Notes: a model not told the origin generated them from the sequence alone. 64,000 nt of DNA from Gemmatimonadota bacterium (GCA_020348925.1 CP070758.1:1-64000), one strand, 5' to 3'; shown: positions 20,248 to 31,642, counted from the first letter of the stretch. Translations and numbers: made by a program.

Positions 20248-20583
20248 TTCTGTGATTCTTGGAGTAATCAAACAGGACCGTTCAAAATCTGACAGTGCAT
20301 ATTTTCTTTGATAACTGCAATTTCTTAGAGGTCGATCGAAAATAATTTCGAAAAGTGAATATTTTCAAAGATAAACTTCAATTTCTTTCCTTCACACAAA
20401 GTCAATGTTACTGTCAAAAGAAACAGAAATTGACTTTAAGAAATTATTCCCATTTGAGTCCTAAAATAAATACACTCCCCCTTTTAATAGGTTTTCCACT
20501 TGCTTTCAAATAAGAAACCGAATAGCTTAAAATAGATCTATCCATAGCTGGATTCCTCTCAAAAGAAGGGTTGAAAGCAAACC
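20248..20583 (+). repeat. Dispersed non-coding element + promoter (copy 2)
   Basis: Homologous to ~13221-13360, 23551-23726/24141-24260, 30281-30398 and ~49840-50224. Confidence 0.7.
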
Positions 20584-23502
20584 ATGATCGGTAAAACCGT
20601 ATCTCATTACAAAATCCTCGAAAAGCTCGGTGAAGGCGGCATGGGTCTCGTCTACAAAGCCGAGGATACAAAGCTCAAGCGGACCGTTGCTCTCAAGTTC
20701 CTATCACCTGAATTATCACGGGACTCAGAAGCAAAGAGTCGTTTCATCAAAGAGGCACAAGCTGTCTCTTCCCTTCAGCACAATAACATCTGCAACATTC
20801 ATGAGATTGATGAAACTGAAGATAGGCAAATGTTCATATGTATGGACTATTATGATGGGGAATCCTTACAAGAGAAGATAGAACGAGGACCACTCAAAAT
20901 AGATGAAACGATTGATATTGGCTTACAAATAGCCGATGGTCTCTGTGAGGCCCATGAAAAAAACATTATTCATCGTGATATTAAACCTGCTAATATCATG
21001 ATAACACGCAAGGGCCAATCAAAAATCATGGATTTTGGCCTGGCCAGGTTGCGAGATCGAACGAAACTGACCAAGGAGGGAACAGCATTAGGAACTGTGG
21101 CATACATGTCGCCAGAACAGGCGCGGGGTGAAGAAGTCGATCACCGTTCAGATATATGGTCACTGGGAGTAGTAATCTATGAAATGATCACTGGTCAGCC
21201 TCCCTTCAAAGGTGAATATGAGCAAGCGATGATATTTTCCATTTTAAACGAGGAAGCTGAACCGATGACGGGGCTACGAACAGGTGTGCCGATGGAACTG
21301 GAGAGGATTGTGAATAAGGCTCTGGCAAAAAGCCCAGATGTACGGTACCAGCACGCAGATGAATTGTTGGCAGATTTGAGACGTGAGCGAAAACAATTGG
21401 AAGACGTGCAGAAGGGTCAACTCCCCTCTGAAAACGTTACAAAACAAAGGAAGAAATTTTCACCTTTATTGCTTCCTGCTGCTATTGTCTTCATTCTCGC
21501 TCTAGTCTTCCTCATATTCAAACCCTTTCAGATTGAGATAGGTCCTCAAAAAGAGCTTACGGCCGAGGAGAACCGTCTGGCGATCATGTATTTTGACAAT
21601 CTAACTGATTCTGAGGATAGCGAGAAGCTGGGTGAAATTGCAACGAACTTGTTAATAACCGACCTGACCGAGTCACAATATCTAAACGTCGTTTCGAGCC
21701 AGCGATTATATGATGTTCTCAAACTTCTGGGGAGAGAGGGTGAGAAGAGACTCGACAGGGATGTGGCCACGGAGGTGGCAACCAAGGCCAGAAGCCGATG
21801 GATGCTATTGGGGAAAATCCTTCAGGTTGAACCCCATATCATTATTACTTCCCACTTGGTTGATATAGAGACTGGTAATGCGATTGCTTCCCAGCGAATC
21901 ACAGGAGAGGTGGGTGAGAACATTTTTACCCTGGTCGATAAGCTGACAGTGGAAATCAAGAATGATCTTTCCTTACCTACAGCGGCACAAGAAGAGGCTG
22001 ATCGACCGATTGCCGATGTTACAACACATTCTCCAGAGGCATATCGTTACTATCTCGAAGGAATAGAATACGAGTCCAAGCTTTATTGGGATGAGGCTGA
22101 GAGAAGCTTTCGAAAAGCATTGGAGTACGATTCCACCTTGGCAATGGCATATTACCAGTTGATAGGATATACAACGGACTTGGAAAAGAAAAAAATGTTG
22201 GCGAAAGCGATTGAATATTCAGGCAATGCTACTCAGAAGGAAAAATTATGGATAAAAAGTAGTGAGGCTGCTCTCGAAGGAAATTTGCCCCAGTATGTCA
22301 GCATATTGGAGAGGATAGCAGAGCGCTATCCCGATGAGAAAGAGGCATTTTACCGTCTGGGAGACTATTATAAAGATTTTGAAGAGTATGAAGAAACCAG
22401 TCATTATTACAACAAAGCTATTGAGATCGATCCTTCTTATAAACTGATATATAATGAACTTGCCTATATCTATGATAGAATCGGTGACGCAGATAAATCT
22501 ATATGGGCCATAAACAAATACATAAGTCTGGCACCGGGTGAAGCGAATCCGTACGATACTCGGGGTGACCTTTATGCAAACAAAGGGAAATTGAGACAGG
22601 CGATTGAATCCTATAAGAAAGCCCTGGAAATAAAACCTGATTTCCTCGTCTCACTACCTAAACTAGGTCATATGTATCTTTTAAATTTGGAATATGCAAA
22701 AGCTGAAAGCTGTTACCAGAAAATGTGCACCAGTGTAGATAAATATACCCGATCACAGGGAAGACTATATATGTCTTATGTTCCTCTTTATCAAGGAAAG
22801 TTTGAAGAGACTTTAGGTGTATTAAATGACGGTATCGCAGCGGACAGAATGGAGCATGCTCAAGGAGGATTGTATAATATTGGAAAATACGGGATTAGGG
22901 TACTAATCTACAGGGAGAAAAAAGAGCCCGGTTTCGCCTTAAAGGAATGGAAAAAAGCATTTGATCCAGAAGATATAAGCGAGATTCGATCCATCTACGT
23001 GTTGCTTTTGGCAGAGAATAATGATCTTGAGGGGGCAGAGGACGAAGTTTTGGCCTATAAAAAAGAAATTGAGGAGAAAGCTCCCACCGAGATGTTTTAT
23101 TATTACTGGGCCATGGGATATCTTGAGTCGGTGAGAGGCAATTTCGAATCAGCGGTAACCAATTTTGAAAATGCGGCCAGAGACTACCCACATTATCCAG
23201 ATATTATTTTGTGCTTTTCGCTCGCTAAAGCATACTTGCTGGTGGGAAGATGGGGTGAATCAGTAGCTGAGTTTGAGAAGATTCTATCAAAATATGCTGC
23301 TCAAAGGCTATTTTATTCAATTATAGCTGTAAAGACCTATTACTTCTTGGGCTTAGCGTATGAAAGATCGGGTTGGACACAGAAGGCGATTGAGCAATAT
23401 GAGACTTTTCTCGATATCTGGAAAAATGCCGATCCTGGAATAGAGGAAGTTGAGGATGCAAAGGCGAGACTGGCAGCATTGAAGGGAGTTTCATCCAAAT
23501 GA
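20584..23502 (+). CDS. Hanks-type Ser/Thr kinase with TM, TolB-like domain and TPR repeats
   Basis: LGEGGMG, VALK, HRDIKPAN, DFG, YMSPE; TM LLLPAAIVFILALVFLIF; LAIMYFDN; multiple TPRs. Confidence 0.95.
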   Translation: MIGKTVSHYKILEKLGEGGMGLVYKAEDTKLKRTVALKFLSPELSRDSEAKSRFIKEAQAVSSLQHNNICNIHEIDETEDRQMFICMDYYDGESLQEKIERGPLKIDETIDIGLQIADGLCEAHEKNIIHRDIKPANIMITRKGQSKIMDFGLARLRDRTKLTKEGTALGTVAYMSPEQARGEEVDHRSDIWSLGVVIYEMITGQPPFKGEYEQAMIFSILNEEAEPMTGLRTGVPMELERIVNKALAKSPDVRYQHADELLADLRRERKQLEDVQKGQLPSENVTKQRKKFSPLLLPAAIVFILALVFLIFKPFQIEIGPQKELTAEENRLAIMYFDNLTDSEDSEKLGEIATNLLITDLTESQYLNVVSSQRLYDVLKLLGREGEKRLDRDVATEVATKARSRWMLLGKILQVEPHIIITSHLVDIETGNAIASQRITGEVGENIFTLVDKLTVEIKNDLSLPTAAQEEADRPIADVTTHSPEAYRYYLEGIEYESKLYWDEAERSFRKALEYDSTLAMAYYQLIGYTTDLEKKKMLAKAIEYSGNATQKEKLWIKSSEAALEGNLPQYVSILERIAERYPDEKEAFYRLGDYYKDFEEYEETSHYYNKAIEIDPSYKLIYNELAYIYDRIGDADKSIWAINKYISLAPGEANPYDTRGDLYANKGKLRQAIESYKKALEIKPDFLVSLPKLGHMYLLNLEYAKAESCYQKMCTSVDKYTRSQGRLYMSYVPLYQGKFEETLGVLNDGIAADRMEHAQGGLYNIGKYGIRVLIYREKKEPGFALKEWKKAFDPEDISEIRSIYVLLLAENNDLEGAEDEVLAYKKEIEEKAPTEMFYYYWAMGYLESVRGNFESAVTNFENAARDYPHYPDIILCFSLAKAYLLVGRWGESVAEFEKILSKYAAQRLFYSIIAVKTYYFLGLAYERSGWTQKAIEQYETFLDIWKNADPGIEEVEDAKARLAALKGVSSK

Positions 23503-23726
23503 TCTACAGAAAATTTTTAATTTCATAATCAAAAGACCGGTACACCTGGTTTCTGTGATTCTTGGTTGAAACATGGAGTTTATTAAATTTTGTTGAAGTG
23601 CATGTTCTCTTTGAGAATATTGATTCTTCCGATTTTTTCGCAATCCGTCTTCTCAAAAGTGCATAATGTCAAAGATATTCAACACTTTCACTGCAAAAAT
23701 GTCAGTCAATGTTTCTGTCAAAAGTA

Positions 23727-24140
23727 GGCAGCGTTTTCGATACTGGTTGCTATTTTTCTACATTATATAATATAAGGTTTTTAATAGTAGGAGGGTGCAT
23801 AGTAGATCGTGATTACTTATCGTATTGAACATGGTAAGGGAGTCTATTATGCGAAAAAAGCGTTGTGTTTTCTGCGGTAATCTTCACACTAAAAAACACG
23901 ATATCAAAAAGAAGAAAAGAACCATATCGTTCGGGAAAAGGGAGTATCATTATCAGCAATGGTTCTGTAATAGCTACAAATGATCAAGAATCCCTGGCCA
24001 TAACTGAAAAATACCCCTTGAGCTCGCTGGTGTGAACATATCTCAGATGAACGGGGTACGCTTTTCACAAAAACCCTGATATTTTTCTTATGATAACTAT
24101 TTCAACACTCCTACAGCAACCAAAATTGTATTCGCTCCCC
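23727..24140 (+). mobile_element. Internally deleted IS256-like element (non-autonomous)
   Basis: Imperfect TIRs GGCAGCGttttcgatacTGGTTGCT / GGGAGCGaatacaatttTGGTTGCT; direct repeat CAAAAGTA at 23719-26 and 24141-48. Keeps transposase N-term (MRKKRCVFCG...WFC) and C-term (PLELAGVNISQMNGVRFSQKP*). Confidence 0.8.
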
Positions 24141-24520
24141 AAAAGTAACAGAAATTGATTTTATACGATTACTTTCAGTTAAGTCCAAAAATACAAGATT
24201 CCCCCTAAAATAGGTTTTCCCTTGATTTCTAACAAAAAAGGAATAGTTTAATAATTAACCTGTTCACGTGTTGAATCTTCTGGCAGGAAATTCAACATGT
24301 AAATCGTGATCTAACTAATAATATCGAACAACATGATGTACGATGTGAAGAAACATGTACGGATAGCGTTGAGTATATGTAATTAGCCGGAACAGGAAGA
24401 GAGGACTTTTGCGGTTTAAACGTGACTGGCTGATTATCATTAAATTCATTGGAATGCGGCTAAGATGTCTAATAACATTTCCTTCAAATAGACTGTTAAT
24501 CATTATTGACAGGAGCCACA

Positions 24521-27500
24521 ATGATGAAATCTGAGAAAAGAAACCCTAAAAGAATATATGTCACACTGTTTCTACTGCTGACCGCAGTTATTGTTGGCAA
24601 ATCAGATGCTCAGGATGAGAAGCGTGTGATCATTGTCTCCGGCCAGGAGGCTCATGGTACGAATGGGGCTGTTTTCGCATCGTCCATTCCTGGACGCAGG
24701 ACCAGTATGCCTATGCCGCTTGCCATAAGCGATGAAGGAAAAGTTGTCTTCCGGGCTCGTCTCGAACCAGGGATAGGCGATGCAACGGATGATAATCAAT
24801 TTGGGATATGGGCAAAAGAAAAAGATGATTTCACCCTCTTAGCCCGTGAACAAAGCGAAGTTCCTGGTCTGGCAGGTCAAATTTTTACCAAACTCCCGGA
24901 AGTTTTTATGGATCTCGCTGGCCAGATTGGACTGGATGCGACATACTCTCCAACAGGAGAAGAACCTGAAACTCATGGATTCTTTGTTGAAGAAGATGGA
25001 GATATGGTATTGAAGGTTTATGACGGTATGACTGTATTGCCGGGAATAATTTTAGAAGGTTTTGAAGTTGCCGGATTCAATATGGGTAGAATCATAATCA
25101 GAGGTTGGTTAGAAGGTGAGGGTATCGAAAGTGACAATGATCTTATAGCGGCTAAGTTTGACCAGAGTGGGTTTAACATTCTTTTCAGAGAAGGCAATCC
25201 GATGCCAATTGTGGCTGGCGATTATGTGAATGAATGGATCGGCTTTCATACGACACTGGATATGAATGGAAACACAATTGTCTGGATACAGGGTAAAAAC
25301 AATTCAACTAATCAAAGGAAGGAAGCTGTTTATTACTGGGAACAACCAGGTTGGCTTTCACTTATACTTGACAGTGATTCAACTCCCCTGATTCCAGTTT
25401 TTGGAAACAATAACTGGAGGTTGAATGCTTCGGGGAACATAGTAAATATGGGCGATATCGGAGATGGTTATATCCTTTCAATGAAAAAGAACGGTGATTT
25501 TTTAAGAGTAGCGGCAAGAGGCGATTCGGCTGATGGTACCGACGGTGCAACCTTCACTACCTTTGGTCGCTGGATCGGCAATAACCATTATCATAAATGT
25601 GTTTTGCATGATAATAATTCAGTTTCAGTTTTAGCTGAAACTTCAGATCGTAAAACAGGCATTTGGATGGGGGATGAAACAGGCCTTAAAAAGGTGGTGT
25701 ATAGAGGAGACCAGGCATCGGGGCTGGAGGATGGCCTGTTGTTTTCCGATGTGAGTGGAATAGAGGCAAATGCCGCAGGTCAGGTAGCGATTTCTATTGG
25801 GGCTGGGGGTCGTGACAGTGATGGAAACTGGGTTGACTTTATCGGTATCTGGTTTGGAGATAGCGAAGGATTGCAGTTGGTATTAAAAACAGACGACCAG
25901 TTTGAAATCGAGCCAGAAATTTTTAAAACGATAGAATATGTCTGTATGACAAGTCTTTTGACAACACCCGTAGATAGACCCAGAACAGGTGCTGATGGGT
26001 GGCCGACCTGTGTCAATGACAATGGGGAAATTCTTTTGGCCTTAAATTTTGATGACGGTGGAAATGCCTTGATTGTTACTTCCCCAATCTACACGGAATT
26101 TGTCGTTAATTCAACGGATGATGATGTAGATAACAATCCGGGTAATGGGAAATGTGAATGCGACGGTCCTAAAATAGAGGGAAAGCCGAAATGTACCCTC
26201 CGAGCCGCCATCATGGAGGCCAATGCAAAAGAAGGAAAAGACCGGATTACATACAGCATACCCACATCTGACGCAGGCTATGATTCTGCCGCAGGAACTT
26301 TCATCATCCAACCGGGAACTGCCCTGCCTCCATGCACAGATCCGGTCGACATTATAGGAAATACGACCGAACCTCCTGAACCATTAAGCAAAATGGCATA
26401 TGGCCCCGATAGGCAGCAAGAGGGACCCGAGGAAATACTCGATGGAAGTAGACTGAATTCTGATGAGGACGGTATTCACTTCTCCTCAGGGACTGAAGAG
26501 AGTTCGATTTTAAATCATGTGATCCTCCAATTTCCTGGAAATGGAATTACTATTGAGAGTGACCATTTCAAAGTTCAAAACTGCGTTATTGGCACAGAAG
26601 ATTTACTAAGTCATGGTTTTGGCAACAGAGGATATGGCATTGAGATCAAGAACGCATCCAATGTTCTCATCGGTGGATCGACCCATTTGCCGGGATTTAC
26701 TCCAGGGAACGTGATTTCAAATAATTTATGTGGGATATTCATCAGTGGTACCCGGGCAAAAGATAACATGATAAGAGGCAATGTTATCGGTGCCGCTTTT
26801 TATAATGATCCGCCACTTGAATTGGGAAACGTGGATGGTGTAATCATAGATAATTCGCCTCATAATTTTATCGGAGGGGATGATGAACGGACACGTAATG
26901 TTATATCTGGTAATACACAAAATGGCATTGTCATTCGGGGTGAACATGCTACCAATAACACCGTGGAGGGCAATTTCATAGGCGTTGACAGAAATGGCGA
27001 AAATGCTATTGGCAACGGTGAAAGAGGTATACATATATTCGAGGCACGGGAAAATAGCATTGGCCGGAAAACTGACCGACCAGGCGTTCCTCCTGGCAAT
27101 GTCATATCGGGGAACGGGACAGGTATTGTCATCGAGCAGCAAAGTGATCATGCCGGAAATAATCGGATTGAAGGTAATCTGATCGGAACGACTGCTCATG
27201 GAGACGCAAAACTGTCGAACAAAATCGGCATACTGATCAGCCAGGCTGACAGCATTATAGTTGGTGGTAAGGATACAAAGGCACGCAATATCATCTCCGG
27301 CAGTACACAAGATGGCATTCAGATTAGAGGAGCAAACGCCACAGAAAACCGAGTGGAGGGCAACTATATTGGAACCGATTGGACTGGAGAAAAAGCCATC
27401 GGCAATGACACAACTGGTATACACATTCTTGATGCATCGGGCAACAGTATTGGGGGCCAAACAGACGTACCTGGCACTCCCCCAGGTAATGTCATTTCGG

Positions 27501-30223
27501 GTAATGGCACTGGTATTGTCATTGAAAGGGGAAGTGGAAATGCCAGAAATAACCGGATAGAGGGAAACCTGATCGGGACGACTGCTCATGGTGATACAGC
27601 TCTGGGGAATAACAGGGGTGTAGAAATACGAGATGCCTCAGGCAATAGTATTGGAGATTCTACAGTGACTGGTCGAAACGTAATTTCAAGTAGTACTATT
27701 GCAAATATATCAATTATGGGCACTGATGCCATGAATAATAAAGTTCTGGGAAATCTAATTGGCCTTTCTATCACGGGCAAAGACTCTCCTGGAAAAACAG
27801 AAATTACCACTCTCTATGGAGTATCAATAAGTGGGGGTGCATCGGAGAACTATATTGGGAGGCCGACCCCGGAACCGGGGAATCCTCCAGGGAATGTGAT
27901 TTCAGGACAAGAGATTGGTATTAAAATTGATGCGTCAAAAAACCAGGTGTTGGGTAATTTCATTGGACCAGGTATCGAAGGCATACGGACCTATCATGTT
28001 CATGAATCTGAAGATTCATTAAAACTTTTTAATGGAAATTCGCGGTACGGTATTGAGATAGCTGGAGATGATAATATAATTGGGGGGATGGATTCGACGG
28101 CCCGCAATGTAATATCCGGCAATAATTTTGAGAACCCAGATAGCTTAGAGGGTTTTGGTATTTCTATATTAGAGCATGCCGAAGGCAACAAAGTATTTGG
28201 TAACTATATCGGGGTTGGTCCTGATGGCACGACCCCAGAACCAAATGCTGGAGGTATATTGATTACAGGATTCCGGAATTATATTGGAGAACCAACGATA
28301 AATCCTGGAGATCCTCCGGGAAATATAATCTCAGGGTATGGCTACGGAATTTTATTACGTTATGGCAGTAGCGGGAATCTTGTACAAGGTAACCTTATTG
28401 GCATCGGCGCTGATGGAAAATCATTATCCAGTCGTTTTGGAATAACCGTCGAGCATAGTTGCGGCAACACTCTGGGCGGTTCAGAACCCGGAGCGGGGAA
28501 TATAATCGCCGAGAGTGATAGTTGCGGTATATCAATTTACGGTTACGAATCCTCAGAAAACGAAATTTTAGGTAATTATGTGGGACTTAATAAATATGGG
28601 ATATTGATTCATAATGCTGATCATAATACAATCGGAGCTATAAAAAGTGGAGTCGAGGATACACTCTCCCAAAACCGTATTGATGCCAATCATCTGGCCG
28701 GGATTAGGTTGGAGATATCGAGAAATAATGATATTGTGAACAATATTTTTTCCTACAATGGGATCGGAATTTGGCTGGAGGACTTGGGGAGAATGAAGGA
28801 TTACCCGGATAATAATGAGATTGCCAACAATATTTTTTCCGACAATGAGGCCGGGATTAGGTTGGAGAACTCATATAACAATGAAATTGTCAAAAATTTG
28901 ATACATTCTAACAGGAGCGGTGTCGAGTTAAACTGGTCTTGGTTCGATGTCATAATTAACAACCAATTCCGAGACAACGAGACTCATATCTTGATGGAAA
29001 CCGGTACCTCATCTCTTATTCACTCAAACAGTATAATAAATGGCAGTGGATTCAATTCGGGTATACATCTTGATAACGCACGGGCGGAAATCGTCGGCAA
29101 TTCTATCACCGACGATGCCGGGGATGGTATTACTCTGGAGAACGGCGCCGACGCCTCTGTTTTCCGAAACAACATCTTCGGTAATCAGGGTTTTGGACTG
29201 AATAACACAGACGAGTCAGTTCTGATTATTGCCCAGGACAACTGGTGGGGCAATGCCAGCGGGCCCGGCGGTGAGGGTTCCGGCTCAGGCGATGAGGTCA
29301 GCACGGGTGTAGACTATGCCAATTGGCGAACTAAGATGGTTTCGCTGGTCGTTTCGACGGGTTTCGACACTATCTACACTCCTTCAGGCGAAGCTGATTC
29401 AGTCAATGCTTTTGTCCGCAACTGGCAGTATCCCACGGAAGCGGTTGAGATGAGCGTCACAGATGATCTGGGCTGGGTGCAGGAGCCAACCACCTTCTTG
29501 GTGACACTCGATGAAAGTTTCGGAGGCAGTGCCCCAATTCAGTTTACCGTACCCGGCGACACAGAAGAAGGCACAGTGGATAACGTGACCGTCACCGCCG
29601 TTTCCCAGACCGATACAAACACAATTGAAACCGATTCGTTCTTAGTGTTGGCTTACGGACCTGTATTGACTCAAATCTTTGTAACACCGGACTCGGTCAT
29701 TCTTTCTCCGAGCGATACGGTGCAGTTTGTGGCATTGGGAATAGATCAGTTCAATTTGACTCTTGACTTTGCACCGATTTGGAGCGCCACATGTGGGACA
29801 ATAGATGAAACGGGACTGTACACGGCCGGTGAGGAAGAGGGCGTCTATGTGGTTACTGCCACGGATGCGACGGGTGCAGTACAGGGCCAAGCGCACGTGG
29901 AGATTCGAGGGGGTGTGGGTGTTGAAGGGGACGAAGAAATATCGGACCACCTAATACCTACTGAGTTTTATCTGTCTCAGAACTATCCCAATCCCTTTAA
30001 TCCTGTGACAACAATTGAGTACGCCCTGCCAGAAGCTGCGCAGGTCAGAATTAAGGTATACAATATAATAGGACAGGTCGTAAAAGTACTCATTAATTCA
30101 TCTCAACCTGCCGGTTTCCATTCAATTCAGTGGAATACTTCTGGTTTAGCCAGTGGAGTCTATTTCTACAGACTTGAAGCTGGACAATTCGTGGCCACAA
30201 AGAAAATGTTATTGTTAAAGTGA
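24521..30223 (+). CDS. Giant T9SS-secreted protein: NxxGxxAF-like repeat region + CSLREA-like domain + beta-helix repeats + Ig-like + CTD
   Basis: RBS aggag; signal peptide; NAAGQVA/NDNGEI repeats; VNSTDD...CTLRAAI; many GNVISGN/GNxIG repeats; QNYPNPFNP CTD. Confidence 0.8.
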   Translation: MMKSEKRNPKRIYVTLFLLLTAVIVGKSDAQDEKRVIIVSGQEAHGTNGAVFASSIPGRRTSMPMPLAISDEGKVVFRARLEPGIGDATDDNQFGIWAKEKDDFTLLAREQSEVPGLAGQIFTKLPEVFMDLAGQIGLDATYSPTGEEPETHGFFVEEDGDMVLKVYDGMTVLPGIILEGFEVAGFNMGRIIIRGWLEGEGIESDNDLIAAKFDQSGFNILFREGNPMPIVAGDYVNEWIGFHTTLDMNGNTIVWIQGKNNSTNQRKEAVYYWEQPGWLSLILDSDSTPLIPVFGNNNWRLNASGNIVNMGDIGDGYILSMKKNGDFLRVAARGDSADGTDGATFTTFGRWIGNNHYHKCVLHDNNSVSVLAETSDRKTGIWMGDETGLKKVVYRGDQASGLEDGLLFSDVSGIEANAAGQVAISIGAGGRDSDGNWVDFIGIWFGDSEGLQLVLKTDDQFEIEPEIFKTIEYVCMTSLLTTPVDRPRTGADGWPTCVNDNGEILLALNFDDGGNALIVTSPIYTEFVVNSTDDDVDNNPGNGKCECDGPKIEGKPKCTLRAAIMEANAKEGKDRITYSIPTSDAGYDSAAGTFIIQPGTALPPCTDPVDIIGNTTEPPEPLSKMAYGPDRQQEGPEEILDGSRLNSDEDGIHFSSGTEESSILNHVILQFPGNGITIESDHFKVQNCVIGTEDLLSHGFGNRGYGIEIKNASNVLIGGSTHLPGFTPGNVISNNLCGIFISGTRAKDNMIRGNVIGAAFYNDPPLELGNVDGVIIDNSPHNFIGGDDERTRNVISGNTQNGIVIRGEHATNNTVEGNFIGVDRNGENAIGNGERGIHIFEARENSIGRKTDRPGVPPGNVISGNGTGIVIEQQSDHAGNNRIEGNLIGTTAHGDAKLSNKIGILISQADSIIVGGKDTKARNIISGSTQDGIQIRGANATENRVEGNYIGTDWTGEKAIGNDTTGIHILDASGNSIGGQTDVPGTPPGNVISGNGTGIVIERGSGNARNNRIEGNLIGTTAHGDTALGNNRGVEIRDASGNSIGDSTVTGRNVISSSTIANISIMGTDAMNNKVLGNLIGLSITGKDSPGKTEITTLYGVSISGGASENYIGRPTPEPGNPPGNVISGQEIGIKIDASKNQVLGNFIGPGIEGIRTYHVHESEDSLKLFNGNSRYGIEIAGDDNIIGGMDSTARNVISGNNFENPDSLEGFGISILEHAEGNKVFGNYIGVGPDGTTPEPNAGGILITGFRNYIGEPTINPGDPPGNIISGYGYGILLRYGSSGNLVQGNLIGIGADGKSLSSRFGITVEHSCGNTLGGSEPGAGNIIAESDSCGISIYGYESSENEILGNYVGLNKYGILIHNADHNTIGAIKSGVEDTLSQNRIDANHLAGIRLEISRNNDIVNNIFSYNGIGIWLEDLGRMKDYPDNNEIANNIFSDNEAGIRLENSYNNEIVKNLIHSNRSGVELNWSWFDVIINNQFRDNETHILMETGTSSLIHSNSIINGSGFNSGIHLDNARAEIVGNSITDDAGDGITLENGADASVFRNNIFGNQGFGLNNTDESVLIIAQDNWWGNASGPGGEGSGSGDEVSTGVDYANWRTKMVSLVVSTGFDTIYTPSGEADSVNAFVRNWQYPTEAVEMSVTDDLGWVQEPTTFLVTLDESFGGSAPIQFTVPGDTEEGTVDNVTVTAVSQTDTNTIETDSFLVLAYGPVLTQIFVTPDSVILSPSDTVQFVALGIDQFNLTLDFAPIWSATCGTIDETGLYTAGEEEGVYVVTATDATGAVQGQAHVEIRGGVGVEGDEEISDHLIPTEFYLSQNYPNPFNPVTTIEYALPEAAQVRIKVYNIIGQVVKVLINSSQPAGFHSIQWNTSGLASGVYFYRLEAGQFVATKKMLLLK

Positions 30224-30398
30224 TTTCTGTTTTTTTAGGAAAATTAAACAGTATTATTTAATTTCCACAATTACAGAATATCTTTGACAATATAGACTTT
30301 TGGGAGTTGGGTCGAAAAAATTTCTGAGAAGTCAATATTCTCAAAGATATTCAACATTTTCCCTGCAATAATGATAGTCATTGATTCTGTCAAAATTA

Positions 30399-31542
30399 GT
30401 CAGCGTATACGATTTTGGTTGTTTAACAGTATTGAAATAGATGTCTATCATAGAAGTATCAAGGCTTTTGAGAAAAGCGTACCCAGTTCATTTTGGAGGT
30501 TACGATCCCTGCAAGTTCAAGAGGTGATTTTCCATTATTTCCTGGAATCCTTGAACAACTGAATTTGTGAAATCTGTATCGCATAATTAAGAGGCGAATT
30601 GAATTTCGGGCTGTTTGATATGATTGAAATCCACCGACTTTCTTAAGTTTCTGGTTCAACTGTTTGATGACATTTTCAACAATGTTATTATCAGGTTTTA
30701 GATTTGGGTCTTTGAAGCGCCTGACAAGGTACGGAAACCTGAGTCTGAGGATATTCATCCGCTTGATGAGCTTAGCTTTTTTGATTTCATCTTGATGGTG
30801 CTCCAAATAGTCCAGAGCTCTTAAGGCCGTCTCAAATTTCTTGCATCTGCAGATAATCCTGGTGACAGTAAGAAACCGTTGAACCCAGAGCGTGTGGCCA
30901 CCACCGGTGTAACGGTATTTGAAATAATATTCAGTGATATTGTAGGCATGATACGTGCAGAATTGATGAGGTATCCCGGCTAGCAGCCATCGAGTTGTTG
31001 CATAAAACACTTCAGCCAGATCACTGGTGATACCCGTGAATGGATATTTTATTACCCTCTTGATGATCAAGAGAAACCAAAACACATTGGCTTCGTCTTC
31101 TCTGGGAACCAGATCCCAATGGACAATATCTTGCGTCCCCAGGTCCACAGCAATCAGGAGAAACCACTTTTCACCTTTTATCCAGATGCATTTCTCATCT
31201 ATGAACAAATATCCTGACCAGCGAGGCTTTAACTCTTTGGCTACCTCTACGGTGGACTTGCAGTTGGCACCCAAAGCATTGATGATCTGGAAAATGTGAT
31301 ATGCTTTCATTCCAAGTTATCGACCAATTGCTCGATAACTGGCCTCACTGTCATAATAGAGTTCACAGGCTTTGATCTGGAGAGAAAAATTGATGGGTTT
31401 GATTTTTGTGGGAGTAAATGATTTGTTACAGTCCTTACAGAGTCAACGTCGGTACGTTCGGATCCTCTTCCCGGATGAAGTCCTTACCTTTCTCTTGCGC
31501 CGATCGTGTAGCTTCGCTCGTTTGCCACTGCAAAACGCACAC
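30399..31542 (-). pseudogene. IS256/Mutator-like DDE transposase pseudogene, truncated by gap
   Basis: Zn finger CAFC...CKDC; DEK, TSD, HQFCTYH, NNIVE motifs; in-frame TGA (31443-45) and TAA (31317-19); terminal repeat GTCAGCGtatacgatttTGGTTG at 30399. Confidence 0.8.
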
Positions 31543-31642
31543 NNNNNNNNNNNNNNNNNNNNNNNNNNNNNNNNNNNNNNNNNNNNNNNNNNNNNNNNNN
31601 NNNNNNNNNNNNNNNNNNNNNNNNNNNNNNNNNNNNNNNNNN

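Noticed and set aside
31443-31445. In-frame TGA in the transposase as Sec
   Set aside because: It aligns with Trp in the sister fragment (QQWFC), and the gene also has an in-frame TAA, so it is a pseudogene.
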